Below are positions 23,418 through 32,000 of a DNA stretch of 32,000 bases, one piece after another (position 1 is the first letter of the stretch; each line of letters starts with the position of its first letter). The position numbers and the translations under genes were made by a program. Location of the stretch: positions 2,640,001 to 2,672,000 of the forward strand of contig NZ_LT934425.1 of the NCBI RefSeq assembly GCF_900232105.1. The letters run 5' to 3'. The DNA is from Candidatus Kuenenia stuttgartensis (GTDB lineage: Bacteria; Planctomycetota; Brocadiia; Brocadiales; Brocadiaceae). The notes under the pieces were generated by a model, which saw only the letters and a list, made by a program, of their open reading frames with translations, did no database searches and was not told where the DNA came from.

Positions 23418-23675
23418 ATGTTAATTCATAAAACTAAAGATTTTATTGAAGAATTAGCAGGATTGCCCGCTGAGATAGGAAAATTTTATAGAAAACAGTA
23501 GGCTATTTTCAAGAAAAATTGGCTCGATCAAAGATTGCATACAAAAAGGCTTAAGGAGTTTTCTGGAGTTTATTCTTTCTGGATTACCATCCGTTATCGG
23601 GCATTATTTTATTTCAGAGATGCAGAAGCAGTATTCTTTTCCGTAGGTCATTGAAAGGATATTTATAATGAGTAA
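23418..23675 (+). pseudogene. Decayed RelE/ParE-family toxin gene
   Basis: The frame reads MLIHKTKDFIEELAGLPAEIGKFYRKQ-TAG(23499)-AIFKKNWLDQRLHTKRLKEFSGVYSFWITIRYRALFYFRDAEAVFFSVGH-TGA(23652)-KDIYNE-TAA. The H.K.L....GVYSFRI...YRALF.......V.F..VGH.KDIY pattern is typical of RelE/ParE toxins. Confidence 0.65.
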
Positions 23676-23714
23676 ATCTAAAAAGGGTTCGTATAATAAT
23701 ACCGGAATGTTCAA

Positions 23715-25298
23715 ATGAATTTGCCAATTCTTACATTAATTACTTTTCTTCCGATTGTTGGGGTTCTCTTAATCCTTTCATTCGATTCCCGGCATAAAGA
23801 GTTGATAAGGGTAACGTCCCTTCTTGTCTCTGTAGTCACATTTCTGATTTCTGTTCCGTTATATTTTGCCTTCGATGCGAACACGTACGATATGCAATTT
23901 GTCGAAAAATTGCGATGGATACCTTCATTTGGAGTTTCTTACCATCTTGGCATCGATGGAATCAGCCTTTTCATGGTGCTTTTGACGACCTTTATTACTC
24001 CCATTGCCATTTTTGCGTCATGGAATGTAAAACGTAACGTGAAGGAATACATGATTGCCATGCTGGTGCTTGAGACGGGTATGGTCGGAGTTTTTGTTTC
24101 TCTGGACGTATTTTTATTTTATGTGTTCTGGGAACTTATGCTGATACCCATGTATCTCATTATTGGTATCTGGGGTGGGCAGAGAAGGATTTATGCCGCA
24201 ATAAAGTTTTTTGTCTATACAATGGCAGGCAGCGTATTTATGCTGCTGGCGATAATCGGATTATTTTTCCTGAATCATAAAGCAACGGGAGAATATACGT
24301 TTAACCTGCTGGAATTTTATCGGCTGGATATTTCCTATGCCGTTCAGTTCTGGCTGTTTTTGGCATTTTTTCTGGCCTTTGCCATCAAAGTGCCAATGTT
24401 TCCCTTGCATACATGGCTGCCGGATGCCCATGTCGAAGCCCCGACTGCGGGGAGCGTCATCCTGGCGGGTGTTTTACTAAAAATGGGCACGTATGGATTT
24501 ATCAGATTTTGTCTGCCACTCTTCCCGGAGGTAAGCCACTCGTTTATCCCGGTTATTTCATGGATGGCCATCGTTGGCATTATCTACGGGGCGCTTGTTG
24601 CAATGGTACAGGACGACCTTAAGAAACTTGTAGCATATTCAAGCGTAAGCCATTTGGGGTTTGTTATGCTGGGCATATTTGCCTTTAATATTCAGGGCAT
24701 TGAAGGCGGCATTACGCAGATGATAAACCATGGACTGAGCACGGGTGCTCTGTTCCTTATTGTCGGGATGCTTTACGATAGAAGGCACACGCGTTTAATC
24801 TCTGACTATGGGGGATTGACGAAACAAATCCCCGTTTTTGCCATCCTGTTTATGATTGTTACGTTTTCTTCAATAGGCCTTCCCGGTTTAAACGGTTTTG
24901 TCGGCGAATTTCTGATCTTGGTGGGGGTGTTTAAATCACGCATTTTATACGCATCAATTGCTACTTCCGGAATAATCCTTGCCGCTATATACATGCTATG
25001 GATGTTTCAAAGGGTTATGTTTCACAATATTACCCATGAGGAGAATAAGACGTTGAAAGATGTGAGCAGCCGTGAATTGGCTATTATGATTCCCATTGTG
25101 CTGATGATATTCTGGATAGGCATTTATCCTAACTCATTTTTGAGAAAAATGGATAGTTCCGTAAAACATCTTCTGGAACAGGTGGAAAGGAAAGTGCCTG
25201 TTGTGTTTAATATGCAAAAACAGGAAACCCATGATACGCGGCATGGCAGGAGTATTCCTAAAATTGATATCGTTCCGGAGAACGAAACTGAATGGTAG
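23715..25298 (+). CDS. nuoM: NADH:quinone oxidoreductase subunit M (antiporter-like)
   Basis: 527 aa with FAIKVPMFPLHTWLPDAHVEAPTAGSVILAGVLLKMGTYG and other typical motifs. Confidence 0.93.
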   Translation: MNLPILTLITFLPIVGVLLILSFDSRHKELIRVTSLLVSVVTFLISVPLYFAFDANTYDMQFVEKLRWIPSFGVSYHLGIDGISLFMVLLTTFITPIAIFASWNVKRNVKEYMIAMLVLETGMVGVFVSLDVFLFYVFWELMLIPMYLIIGIWGGQRRIYAAIKFFVYTMAGSVFMLLAIIGLFFLNHKATGEYTFNLLEFYRLDISYAVQFWLFLAFFLAFAIKVPMFPLHTWLPDAHVEAPTAGSVILAGVLLKMGTYGFIRFCLPLFPEVSHSFIPVISWMAIVGIIYGALVAMVQDDLKKLVAYSSVSHLGFVMLGIFAFNIQGIEGGITQMINHGLSTGALFLIVGMLYDRRHTRLISDYGGLTKQIPVFAILFMIVTFSSIGLPGLNGFVGEFLILVGVFKSRILYASIATSGIILAAIYMLWMFQRVMFHNITHEENKTLKDVSSRELAIMIPIVLMIFWIGIYPNSFLRKMDSSVKHLLEQVERKVPVVFNMQKQETHDTRHGRSIPKIDIVPENETEW

Positions 25299-25371
25299 CA
25301 GCGGGGCAACTTATCAATAAATTGAGGCAAACTACCCCATTTGCTTCCTATACTTTCGGCGAATACTGTAT

Positions 25372-25413
25372 AATCGGCAACCGGCAATCTGCAGTTTGCA
25401 AATTACAGACGAC
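25372..25413 (+). repeat. Degenerate heptamer tandem array (AATCTGC-like)
   Basis: AATCGGC|AACCGGC|AATCTGC|AGTTTGC|AAATTAC|AGACGAC in the nuoM-nuoN gap. Confidence 0.55.
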
Positions 25414-25460
25414 AGAAATTATTACAAAAACCTTTTTTTATGAATTAAGGTGAGTTTTCC

Positions 25461-26924
25461 ATGCCAGGTATATCGATAATGACATTTAACATCTTAAGCA
25501 TCCTGCCGGTTCTCGTGCTTGCAGGTTTCGGGATGATAGTGTTGATGATGGATGTTTTTTCATCACGGAAAATGGGAGAAAAGAATTTTCTGGCGTATCT
25601 CTCTTTGATAGGAGTAGTAATAGCCGCTATTGTATCCAGAAGTTTTACCGGTACTACCCTCTTTTCTTTCTACAGCGTTTATACAATTGATAACTACGCC
25701 CTCTTTTTTCAATTTGTATTCCTGCTGTGCGCCGGACTCACCATCCTTATCTCCAAAAATTATGTTCAAAGAGAAAACATAAACCATGGGGAATATTATA
25801 CCCTGATATTGTTTTCCACCATTGGCATGATACTCATGGCCTCAGGTGCGGATTTGCTGAATATCTTTATCGGCCTGGAGATTATGTCGATAAGTATTTA
25901 TATCCTTGTCGGCATGAAACGGACAAGGCTCACGTCAAACGAGGCGTCATTAAAATATTTTTTGCTTGGGGCATTTTCAACCGGCTTTTTATTGTACGGT
26001 ATTGCAATGGTGTACGGCGCAACGGGTACGATAAACCTGCGGCAGATTGCCGTTTTTCTTGCGGGTAAAGGAAGTGTGGTAGACCCTCTTTTATTAGCCG
26101 GTATGGGACTGCTCATTGTAGGGATAGGGTTCAAGATTGCATCCGTACCCTTCCATGCATGGGTGCCTGATGTGTATGAAGGGGCGCCCACTGCGATAAC
26201 GGCATTTATGGCGATTGGGCCAAAGGCTGCAGGATTTGCCGCTTTTATGAGAATATTTTTTACCGCCTTTGGTCAGGCACACCATGATTGGGAAAAGGCT
26301 ATTTGGGTACTAGCGGTACTCACCATGACAACCGGCAACATTATTGCGTTAGCGCAGACAAACATTAAGCGCATGCTTGCCTATTCCAGCATTGCACATG
26401 CGGGATACCTTCTTATTGCTTTGGTAGCCGCAAACAATATGAGTGTATCGGCAGTGTTGTTTTATCTCCTGGCGTATTTGTTCATGAATATTGGCGCGTT
26501 TGCCGTTGTCATTGTAGTAAGCCAGAAGGAAGATAGTTTCCTGAAGATTAGCGATTTTAACGGTTTAGCCTTTAAGCATCCGAGGCTGGCAATTGCCATG
26601 ACGCTCTTTTTACTTTCCATGGCCGGAGTTCCGCCTACTGCCGGTTTTGTAGGAAAATTTTATATATTCAGTTCCGCCATAAAATCCGGCTACGTGTGGC
26701 TGGCCGTTATCGGAGTGATAAACAGTGCCATCGCCGTTTTTTATTATTTAAGGGTAACGGTAGCAATGTATATGCGCGACCCGGAAAGAGAATTTCAGCC
26801 ACTCACCCTTTCCCCCTTCATCTTTGTCGCAATAGTCATATCAATCATCGGCACTATCCAACTCGGTATCTTTCCCGCGAAAGTGCTCGAAATTGTCCGG
26901 CAGTCTGTTCTGATTTTAAGATAG
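25461..26924 (+). CDS. nuoN: NADH:quinone oxidoreductase subunit N (antiporter-like)
   Basis: 487 aa with FKIASVPFHAWVPDVYEGAPTAITAFMAIGPKAAGF. AAGGTGAG lies upstream of the ATG. Confidence 0.93.
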   Translation: MPGISIMTFNILSILPVLVLAGFGMIVLMMDVFSSRKMGEKNFLAYLSLIGVVIAAIVSRSFTGTTLFSFYSVYTIDNYALFFQFVFLLCAGLTILISKNYVQRENINHGEYYTLILFSTIGMILMASGADLLNIFIGLEIMSISIYILVGMKRTRLTSNEASLKYFLLGAFSTGFLLYGIAMVYGATGTINLRQIAVFLAGKGSVVDPLLLAGMGLLIVGIGFKIASVPFHAWVPDVYEGAPTAITAFMAIGPKAAGFAAFMRIFFTAFGQAHHDWEKAIWVLAVLTMTTGNIIALAQTNIKRMLAYSSIAHAGYLLIALVAANNMSVSAVLFYLLAYLFMNIGAFAVVIVVSQKEDSFLKISDFNGLAFKHPRLAIAMTLFLLSMAGVPPTAGFVGKFYIFSSAIKSGYVWLAVIGVINSAIAVFYYLRVTVAMYMRDPEREFQPLTLSPFIFVAIVISIIGTIQLGIFPAKVLEIVRQSVLILR

Positions 26925-27079
26925 ATACTTTGCAACCGGCTGATCCGCATTAAAAACACTGCTACTGCAGAGATGGATAGTAGCACAGATTAAAAAATTC
27001 ACCATCGGTAGGGGGCGTTCCTTGTGGTTACCCATTACAATAGACCAATAAAGAAATAAATTCTGGCAAAGCATAAAAT

Positions 27080-27274
27080 TCAAAACAAATACAAGACATC
27101 CAACTTTCTTATCAAAATGGTGGCGTTATTGAATTCAGGGCAGAGTGGGCAGAGGAAGCGGAAATAGCCTTCGGAGCATTTATGAGGTATGGAGAGGACG
27201 TCAGCGATGAGTCGATCGATGGGGATATCGTTTCGTAATGAGCGCAAGAGTTGAGGGGAAAAGAGACTGGCCAT
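27080..27274 (-). pseudogene. Truncated zinc-ribbon protein, mobile-element associated
   Basis: The 64-aa ORF MASLFSPQLLRSLRNDIPIDRLIADVLSIPHKCSEGYFRFLCPLCPEFNNAT... has a C-x2-C half-site and then runs into unrelated sequence. It starts 20 nt after the ATPase stop on the same strand. Confidence 0.35.
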
Positions 27275-27294
27275 GGCAGACCTTCTTAAAAAGA

Positions 27295-27951
27295 TTAAAT
27301 TTCAGCAAGAGCCTGATGGAAGATATCCTGGGTAATTTTCTGTGATTGTCTGATGGAAGCGTTAATCAGGCAGGCGGTGGAAATGGCGTTGATTTGCCTG
27401 GGGATGCCGGCAGAGAACTCATGGATCAGGTCTTTGACATCTGAGTCAAAGATTTTATCAGATGCGCCGGAAGATTTCAGATGGAAGTCTATGTATGCAG
27501 CGGTTTGAGTTTTAGTAAGGGGATGGATGTGGTAATGTACCGGGATGCGTTGTGCGAAGTCGGCATGGATGTCTCTTTTGAGGATATATTTGAGGTGTTC
27601 CTGCCCCGAGAGGATGATTTTGAGATGAGTGGAAGAATCAAGCGGAGAGCTGACAAGGAGTCTGAGGTCTGTGATGGCGTCGGTTTTCAGGAGATGAGCC
27701 TCGTCGATAACGATAATGGGAGTGAGATTTGAGAGCAAGGATTTATCCATAATTTGGAGGAAGAGCCGGTCTTTGGTGTGTTTTGGTATTTCACCGGGCT
27801 GTGAGACGATTAAGGAGAGAAGGCTGGATGATTTTAGGTGGGTAAAATGGAGGTAGATGGGGAGAAACAGGTTTTGGGGGATTTGTGAGAGGAAGAGTTT
27901 GAGGAGTGTGGATTTTCCGACTCCCGTCTGTCCGTAGAGGACCGCGATAAC
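27295..27951 (-). pseudogene. 5'-truncated ExeA/TniB-like AAA+ ATPase (transposition-helper type)
   Basis: The frame stays open upstream of the track ORF: VIAVLYGQTGVGKSTLLKLF... (Walker A), ...PIIVIDEAHLL (Walker B), ...GIPRQINAISTACLINA (ExeA-like tail). There is no start codon. The first ~30-40 expected residues are missing, and the break coincides with a MITE family-2 terminus. Confidence 0.65.
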
Positions 27952-27964
27952 ACTGAATAGTTAT
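27948..27964. repeat. Solo terminus of MITE family 2
   Basis: TAACACTGAATAGTTAT versus the MITE right end TTACACTGAATAGTTAC (15 of 17). It sits exactly at the truncation point of the AAA ATPase. Confidence 0.45.
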
Positions 27965-27982
27965 AATCATCTTTTTGAGTAA

Positions 27983-28344
27983 ATACAAACTGTATTACAA
28001 GAGGAGAAGAGCCGATCGCAGATAGAGATATATTTTAAAGTATTAAAGAGCGGTTGCAAGATAGAAGAGCGCCAATTGGAGACAGCGGAGCGTATCAAGC
28101 CGTGTATTGCTCTTTATATGATAGTGGCATGGGGGGTATGTTTGTTACCATGTTTGTAAGGGAATGCCCGGATTTGCCTTGTACAGCACTTTTAGAGGAT
28201 GATGAATGGAAACCCGTGTATATGATTGCCAAAAACGAAGCTCCACCCGAAACCCCGCTATCGCTCGGAGGCTTTACCGTAATGGTACCAAGTCTGGAAG
28301 GATACTTAAATCGCAAATGCGATGGCCCACCAGTAAATTTTTAA
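27983..28344 (+). pseudogene. C-terminal fragment of an IS4/Tn5-like DDE transposase, frameshifted
   Basis: One frame gives ...RSQIEIYFKVLKSGCKIEERQLETAERIKPCIALYMIVAWG. After the G6 run (28131-28136) the next frame gives FVTMFVRECPDLPCTALLEDDEWKPVYMIAKNEAPPETP...SLEGYLNRKCDGPP. This matches the remembered IS4-family tail (RW.IE.FFK.LKSGC.IE..QL...ERL...LALY.IVAWR......R..PDLPC....E.EWK..Y...........PP.L......IA.LGGYL.RK.DGPPG). The N-terminal ~300 aa are absent. Confidence 0.65.
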
Positions 28345-28660
28345 AATCAGGTTTATTTGACTATAAGCCACAGATTAGGATAAGATTAAAAAGTTTTTTT
28401 ATGTTTGCTAATCTGCAAAATCTGCGGAGAAAAAGTATTTTCAGGTGAAAGCTTCTGTATAATATTTTATATTTTTTGGCAGTAACCGTCATCCTGAACG
28501 GCGAGACCAGAATATCTCTTTCTTACGAATTGAAAAGGTTGGTTATGAATTTTTCGTGGCTACATGTATCGGTGCGTTGGATTATTTTTGTAAAGACCGA
28601 AGCGGGAGCAGTCCTCATTGCTGCAGTGCCTGTCTGCCTTTTTACGCATTCGGGGAAATC

Positions 28661-30571
28661 ATGAAGAACAACCTGAGCGCAAAAAGAGTCTTATGGAGGT
28701 ACTTTACTCTTAGTTACATCGCAGTACTTTTCAACACCCTGTTTTATCTGAAACAGATCCATTATAATGACACGGTCACGATCCTCTTTGGCCTTTCGAT
28801 GTATCTCTTTTACAGTTTTTTGTACCTTTTCTTAGTATTCATTCCCGTCTTAATCCTTGAGATACTTGTACGAAAGGTGTTGAAAAGGCATGATCGATCA
28901 CTTGTCAGAAAGCAGTGCCTTGCGGTTATTTTTGGAATTACCATCGTGTTGTTTACCTTGGTGCAAATCCTGATTTTTACCGACAAGCAACTCTTTCAAC
29001 TCTACCACTTTCATATCAACGGCTTTGTCTGGAACCTTATCACCACACCGGGCGGTATAGAGTCGCTTGGCAGCAGCGATTCAACCCTTATCAGTGTTGT
29101 AATGATCTTTGCCGGATTTTTTGCCCTGCAGGTGGCGCTTTTTGTCATGGCCAGGTCTGGGGTTTTGCAAAGGGTTTCTTTCGTCTCGTTAAAATTTCGC
29201 TATCAAATATTATTTCCCATTTTTCTGATTTTTCTTTTCGGCTTTCAGTCCTTCACATACGGTATTTGTCATCTGCAGGCCAAAAGTGCCGTTTTGAGTG
29301 CGTCAAATGCCTTTCCACTCTATATCCCGGTCACCTTCAGGAGTTGGGCCAAAAAATTTGGCATTTCACCGAAAAGAACAGTTCAACTGAAGTTCAATGA
29401 AAATGAAAATGATCTCCAGCTCCATTATCCTTTACAATCAATGCAATACACCTGGGATGCTCCGGACTATAACATCGTGTGGCTTGTTGCTGAATCATGG
29501 CGGGCAGACATGCTTGACCATGAGATCATGCCGCAAACTATGGCCTTTGCGAAAAAATCAACGTGGTTTCTCAACCACTATAGCGGAGGCAACGGCACAC
29601 GAATGGGTCTTTTCTCAATGTTCTACGGACTCTACGGCAATTACTGGTTTGAATTTTTGCATCATCGAAAAGGCCCTGTATTAATTGACAGGCTTATTGA
29701 CCTCGACTATCAGATGGAGTTGTTTACCAGCGCAAAATTTTCTTATCCGGAGTTTGACAAGACCCTCTTTGTCGATATCCCCTCGAAAAACCTGCATGAA
29801 TATACCAAGGGGCTGAGCGGTTGGGAAAATGATCGCAGGCATGTAACGGCAATGATCGATTTTTTAGAGCACAGGGAAAAAGGCAGGCCTTTTTTTACAT
29901 TCATGTTCTTCGAATCGCCTCACGCACAGTACTATTTTCCGGAAGAGTCGATCATCAAAACCCCCTTTCTTAAAGACATGAACTATGCAAGGATGGATCT
30001 TGAAAATGATATAACGCTTATAAAAAACCGTTATATCAACTCATGCCATCATCTTGATTCACAACTCGGCAGGATAATACATTATTTGGAATCAAATCAA
30101 CTGCTTGAAAAAACCATTGTTATCATTACGGGCGACCATGGTGAGGAATTTATGGAAAAAGGACATTGGGGACACAACTCCGCCTATACGGAAGAACAGA
30201 TCCGGGTACCTTTAGTACTCTGGCTGCCAAAGGGACAGCCTCAGCTCGTTACAAAAATGACCAGTCACCTGGATATCCCCGCAACCATAATGCCTCTCTT
30301 CGGTACGACAAATCCTGCGAGCGACTATTCGCTGGGACACAATCTCCTTGAACCTACCGGGCGAACATACACTGTTGTTTGCGATTGGGATAGTCTTTGC
30401 TATGTTAACCATGACTACAAGGCTGTTTTCCCGCTGCAATCGTATAATTTTCACAAACAAACCACTACCACCAGAACAGATCAGGAAATAGCAGACAAAA
30501 AAAGATTCTTTACGTCATCTAAAAACGATCTTGCACTTTTGATGACGGAAATCAATAAATTCAATCAATAA
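28661..30571 (+). CDS. YejM/PbgA-like inner-membrane protein (DUF3413 N-terminal TM domain plus sulfatase-like domain)
   Basis: It has multiple N-terminal TM helices, then NIVWLVAESWRADMLD...HYSGGNGTRMGLFSMFYGLYGNYW...ITGDHGEEFMEKGHWGHNSAY. I prefer the ATG at 28661 (GGGGA upstream) over the GTG at 28556. Confidence 0.75.
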   Translation: MKNNLSAKRVLWRYFTLSYIAVLFNTLFYLKQIHYNDTVTILFGLSMYLFYSFLYLFLVFIPVLILEILVRKVLKRHDRSLVRKQCLAVIFGITIVLFTLVQILIFTDKQLFQLYHFHINGFVWNLITTPGGIESLGSSDSTLISVVMIFAGFFALQVALFVMARSGVLQRVSFVSLKFRYQILFPIFLIFLFGFQSFTYGICHLQAKSAVLSASNAFPLYIPVTFRSWAKKFGISPKRTVQLKFNENENDLQLHYPLQSMQYTWDAPDYNIVWLVAESWRADMLDHEIMPQTMAFAKKSTWFLNHYSGGNGTRMGLFSMFYGLYGNYWFEFLHHRKGPVLIDRLIDLDYQMELFTSAKFSYPEFDKTLFVDIPSKNLHEYTKGLSGWENDRRHVTAMIDFLEHREKGRPFFTFMFFESPHAQYYFPEESIIKTPFLKDMNYARMDLENDITLIKNRYINSCHHLDSQLGRIIHYLESNQLLEKTIVIITGDHGEEFMEKGHWGHNSAYTEEQIRVPLVLWLPKGQPQLVTKMTSHLDIPATIMPLFGTTNPASDYSLGHNLLEPTGRTYTVVCDWDSLCYVNHDYKAVFPLQSYNFHKQTTTTRTDQEIADKKRFFTSSKNDLALLMTEINKFNQ

Positions 30572-30674
30572 ATTAGGCCTCCGGCAATTTTTTCATGTAG
30601 AGCGAAGTGTCATTTCACTCGTGACGAAGCAATCGTTTCGTCCTACAACATTGAAATTCCTAAACGTTAAATTA

Positions 30675-31153
30675 ATGAGAATAGCTCCGCTATTTCAAAA
30701 GCGGTTCTCTCCATGGGTAAGTATTTTATTCCTTTTTCTTATGCTACTATTCCTTGGTTTTGAAGTATACGCCATGCTTTGGTATCACTTCAAAGGACAC
30801 GAGGAGCTATCCCAGCTATCCGGAAATTTTTTGCACGTCAGAGAAGAATTGATAAGGGAAAAACCGAAGGAAGAATTCCGGTTTCCGTTATCGGCGATAC
30901 GAAAAGTGCGGGCACCTTTGAGAAGATTGCCAGGGAACTGCGCGAAGAGCCCTTATCGTTCGTTGTCTTTCCCGGAGATTTTGTGCGTAGAGGCACAGAA
31001 GGAGAACATCGTTATTTCAAGGCGGAGTTTGCAGCCGAATTTGCATTTCCCTTTTCAGCATCTTTTCTTAATAGAATACTTTTCGCAAGCGTTGTCTGGT
31101 TAGGTATTGGGGTCGCCTCCCGACTATTGACGATGTTTGCACGCAATGCATAG
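30675..31153 (+). pseudogene. Frameshifted and truncated membrane-anchored metallophosphoesterase
   Basis: Frame 1 gives MRIAPLFQKRFSPWVSILFLFLMLLFLGFEVYAMLW...KPKEEFRF. Frame 2 continues (P)VSVIGDTKSAGTFEKIARELREEPLSFVVFPGDFVRRGTEGEHRYF, which carries the D-x-(H/T) and GD motifs of calcineurin-like phosphoesterases. The shift lies near 30884-30888. The later GNH(D/E) motifs are absent. Confidence 0.55.
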
Positions 31154-31251
31154 TCAAATGAATCTGTTTTCCGAAAAACACCACAGACAAGAAATGTTGT
31201 ATCTGACAGTAGATTATGGTGGAATGACATTAACAGAAACAGAGCAAAGGT

Positions 31252-31335
31252 AGTGCAGGGGCGAAGCATTTGCTGTAAATTGTCATAAATGCATTTATAC
31301 CCAAACGTGTAAATGCTTCGTCCCTGCTTTTGCAC
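31252..31335. repeat. Solo copy of the family-1 inner hairpin module
   Basis: CAGGGGCGAAGCATTTGCTGTAAATTGTCATAAATGC... closely matches 17641-17676. The right arm GTAAATGCTTCGTCCCTG (31309-31326) has two mismatches. Confidence 0.55.
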
Positions 31336-31348
31336 GAGTGATTATGAA

Positions 31349-31897
31349 ATGAAAAGATCAAAATTATTATTCTTTATTTTTATTACTGAGGGTTTTGCAT
31401 TACTGTTGGCACTGGTTCTTGCAAAATATCTAAGAATTCAATTGTTGCCTCTGACTGAAAATATTTTACGTGATACTTTCACTGGCACTATTGGGGCTGC
31501 TATTCCTTTCTCTATCTTTGTGCTTCTTCTTTCGGAAAAATCGGGGAAGATGCCTTTCGCAAATTCACTGAGGCAAACGATACTGCATGACCTAAAACCT
31601 CTGTTTTCTCATTTAACGCTCCCTGATATGTGTATAATTTCTCTTTTAGCGGGATTTTCCGAAGAATTACTGTTTCGGGGAGTACTGCAAAATAAACTTG
31701 GCATTTTTGCAGCAAGCGTGATTTTTGGGCTACTCCACTTTATCTCACCGGCATATTTTGTTATTGCATTTTTAATGAGTATATATATCGGATTTTTATG
31801 TTACTATTTACAAAGCCTGCTTATCCCCATACAAATACACTTTGTTTACGATTTGTGCGCATTGATCTATCTGAAACATTTCAGGAGGTTTAAATAA
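31349..31897 (+). CDS. CPBP-family intramembrane glutamic endopeptidase (CAAX protease / Abi-like)
   Basis: Polytopic protein with motif 1 SEELLFRGVLQ and motif 2 FGLLHF. I prefer the ATG at 31349 (MKRSKLLFF...), because the track start at 31313 lies inside the hairpin repeat. Confidence 0.8.
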   Translation: MKRSKLLFFIFITEGFALLLALVLAKYLRIQLLPLTENILRDTFTGTIGAAIPFSIFVLLLSEKSGKMPFANSLRQTILHDLKPLFSHLTLPDMCIISLLAGFSEELLFRGVLQNKLGIFAASVIFGLLHFISPAYFVIAFLMSIYIGFLCYYLQSLLIPIQIHFVYDLCALIYLKHFRRFK

Positions 31898-31899
31898 AG

Positions 31900-32000
31900 G
31901 CAACACTATTTAGTTTTTAGAAAAAAATCTGCCGATAAGTGATAGGATTTGTAGTGCGACGAACCTGGTCGTACTACATTGTTGGAATTTTTCAAAAAAC
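31900..32000. mobile_element. MITE-like element, family 1, cut by the window edge
   Basis: The left arm is GCAACACTATTTAGTTTTTAGAAAAAAATC. The central hairpin is TGTAGTGCGACGAACCTGGTCGTACTACA (31950-31978). The right arm TTGTTGGAATTTTTCAAAAAAC (31979-32000) is the reverse complement of GTTTTTTGAAAAATTCCAACAA. Confidence 0.5.

Noticed and set aside
23248-23501. Two in-frame TAG codons as possible pyrrolysine or programmed read-through sites
   Set aside because: The same gene pair also has a frameshift and an in-frame TGA. No pyl genes or recoding signals are visible. Simple pseudogenisation explains all of the lesions.
21054-26924. Antisense and out-of-frame ORFs inside nuoL, nuoM and nuoN (e.g. 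22304-22570, 24344-24580, 25727-26068)
   Set aside because: They are embedded in well-supported nuo coding frames and have no independent motif support.
26957-26988. Hairpin after nuoN as an intrinsic terminator
   Set aside because: It has only a 7-8 bp stem (TGCTACT/AGTAGCA) with a 12-nt loop and is followed by an A-rich rather than T-rich tract on the + strand. That is too weak to call.
28556-28660. GTG-initiated 35-codon extension of the YejM-like gene, and overlapping ORF 28476-28664
   Set aside because: The extension is Cys-rich and non-hydrophobic, unlike the family N-terminus. The ATG at 28661 with upstream GGGGA starts directly before the TM region.

Overview
The + strand carries a complete 14-subunit NADH:quinone oxidoreductase locus, nuoA to nuoN (9340-26924). 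Most nuo junctions are tight, but four gaps hold foreign or repetitive DNA. E/F holds a nested inverted-repeat element and a heptamer array. G/H holds a MITE, a hicB-hicA pair, a structured leader and a tandem-desulforedoxin gene that overlaps the nuoH start. L/M holds a MITE remnant and a decayed RelE/ParE toxin-antitoxin pair. M/N holds another heptamer array. Upstream on the - strand (1941-8879) is a tandemly duplicated two-gene module: a signal peptide, a long acidic 93-aa-repeat ectodomain and a CPA2/Kef-type cation:proton antiporter membrane domain, followed by a universal stress protein. The two copies differ in repeat number (4 versus 2). The second USP is frameshifted. Their roughly 300-bp non-coding upstream regions are more similar than the transporter domains, and one upstream region carries a MITE with a clean target-site duplication. 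The left edge has a coiled-coil lipoprotein and a DpnI-like restriction endonuclease fragment. Downstream of nuoN lie mobile-element debris (a 5'-truncated ExeA/TniB-like AAA ATPase, a zinc-ribbon fragment, an IS4/Tn5-like transposase C-terminal fragment), a YejM/DUF3413-sulfatase membrane protein, a frameshifted metallophosphoesterase and a CPBP intramembrane protease. Two MITE-like families and a dispersed degenerate heptamer repeat recur across the window. I recognised no rRNA, tRNA or CRISPR array. All homology calls come from motifs read by eye and remembered family consensus, not from searches. I cannot assign a taxon, though nuoEFG argues against a cyanobacterial ndh locus. The best candidates for novelty are the repeat-ectodomain antiporter plus USP module and the tandem desulforedoxin coupled to nuoH.
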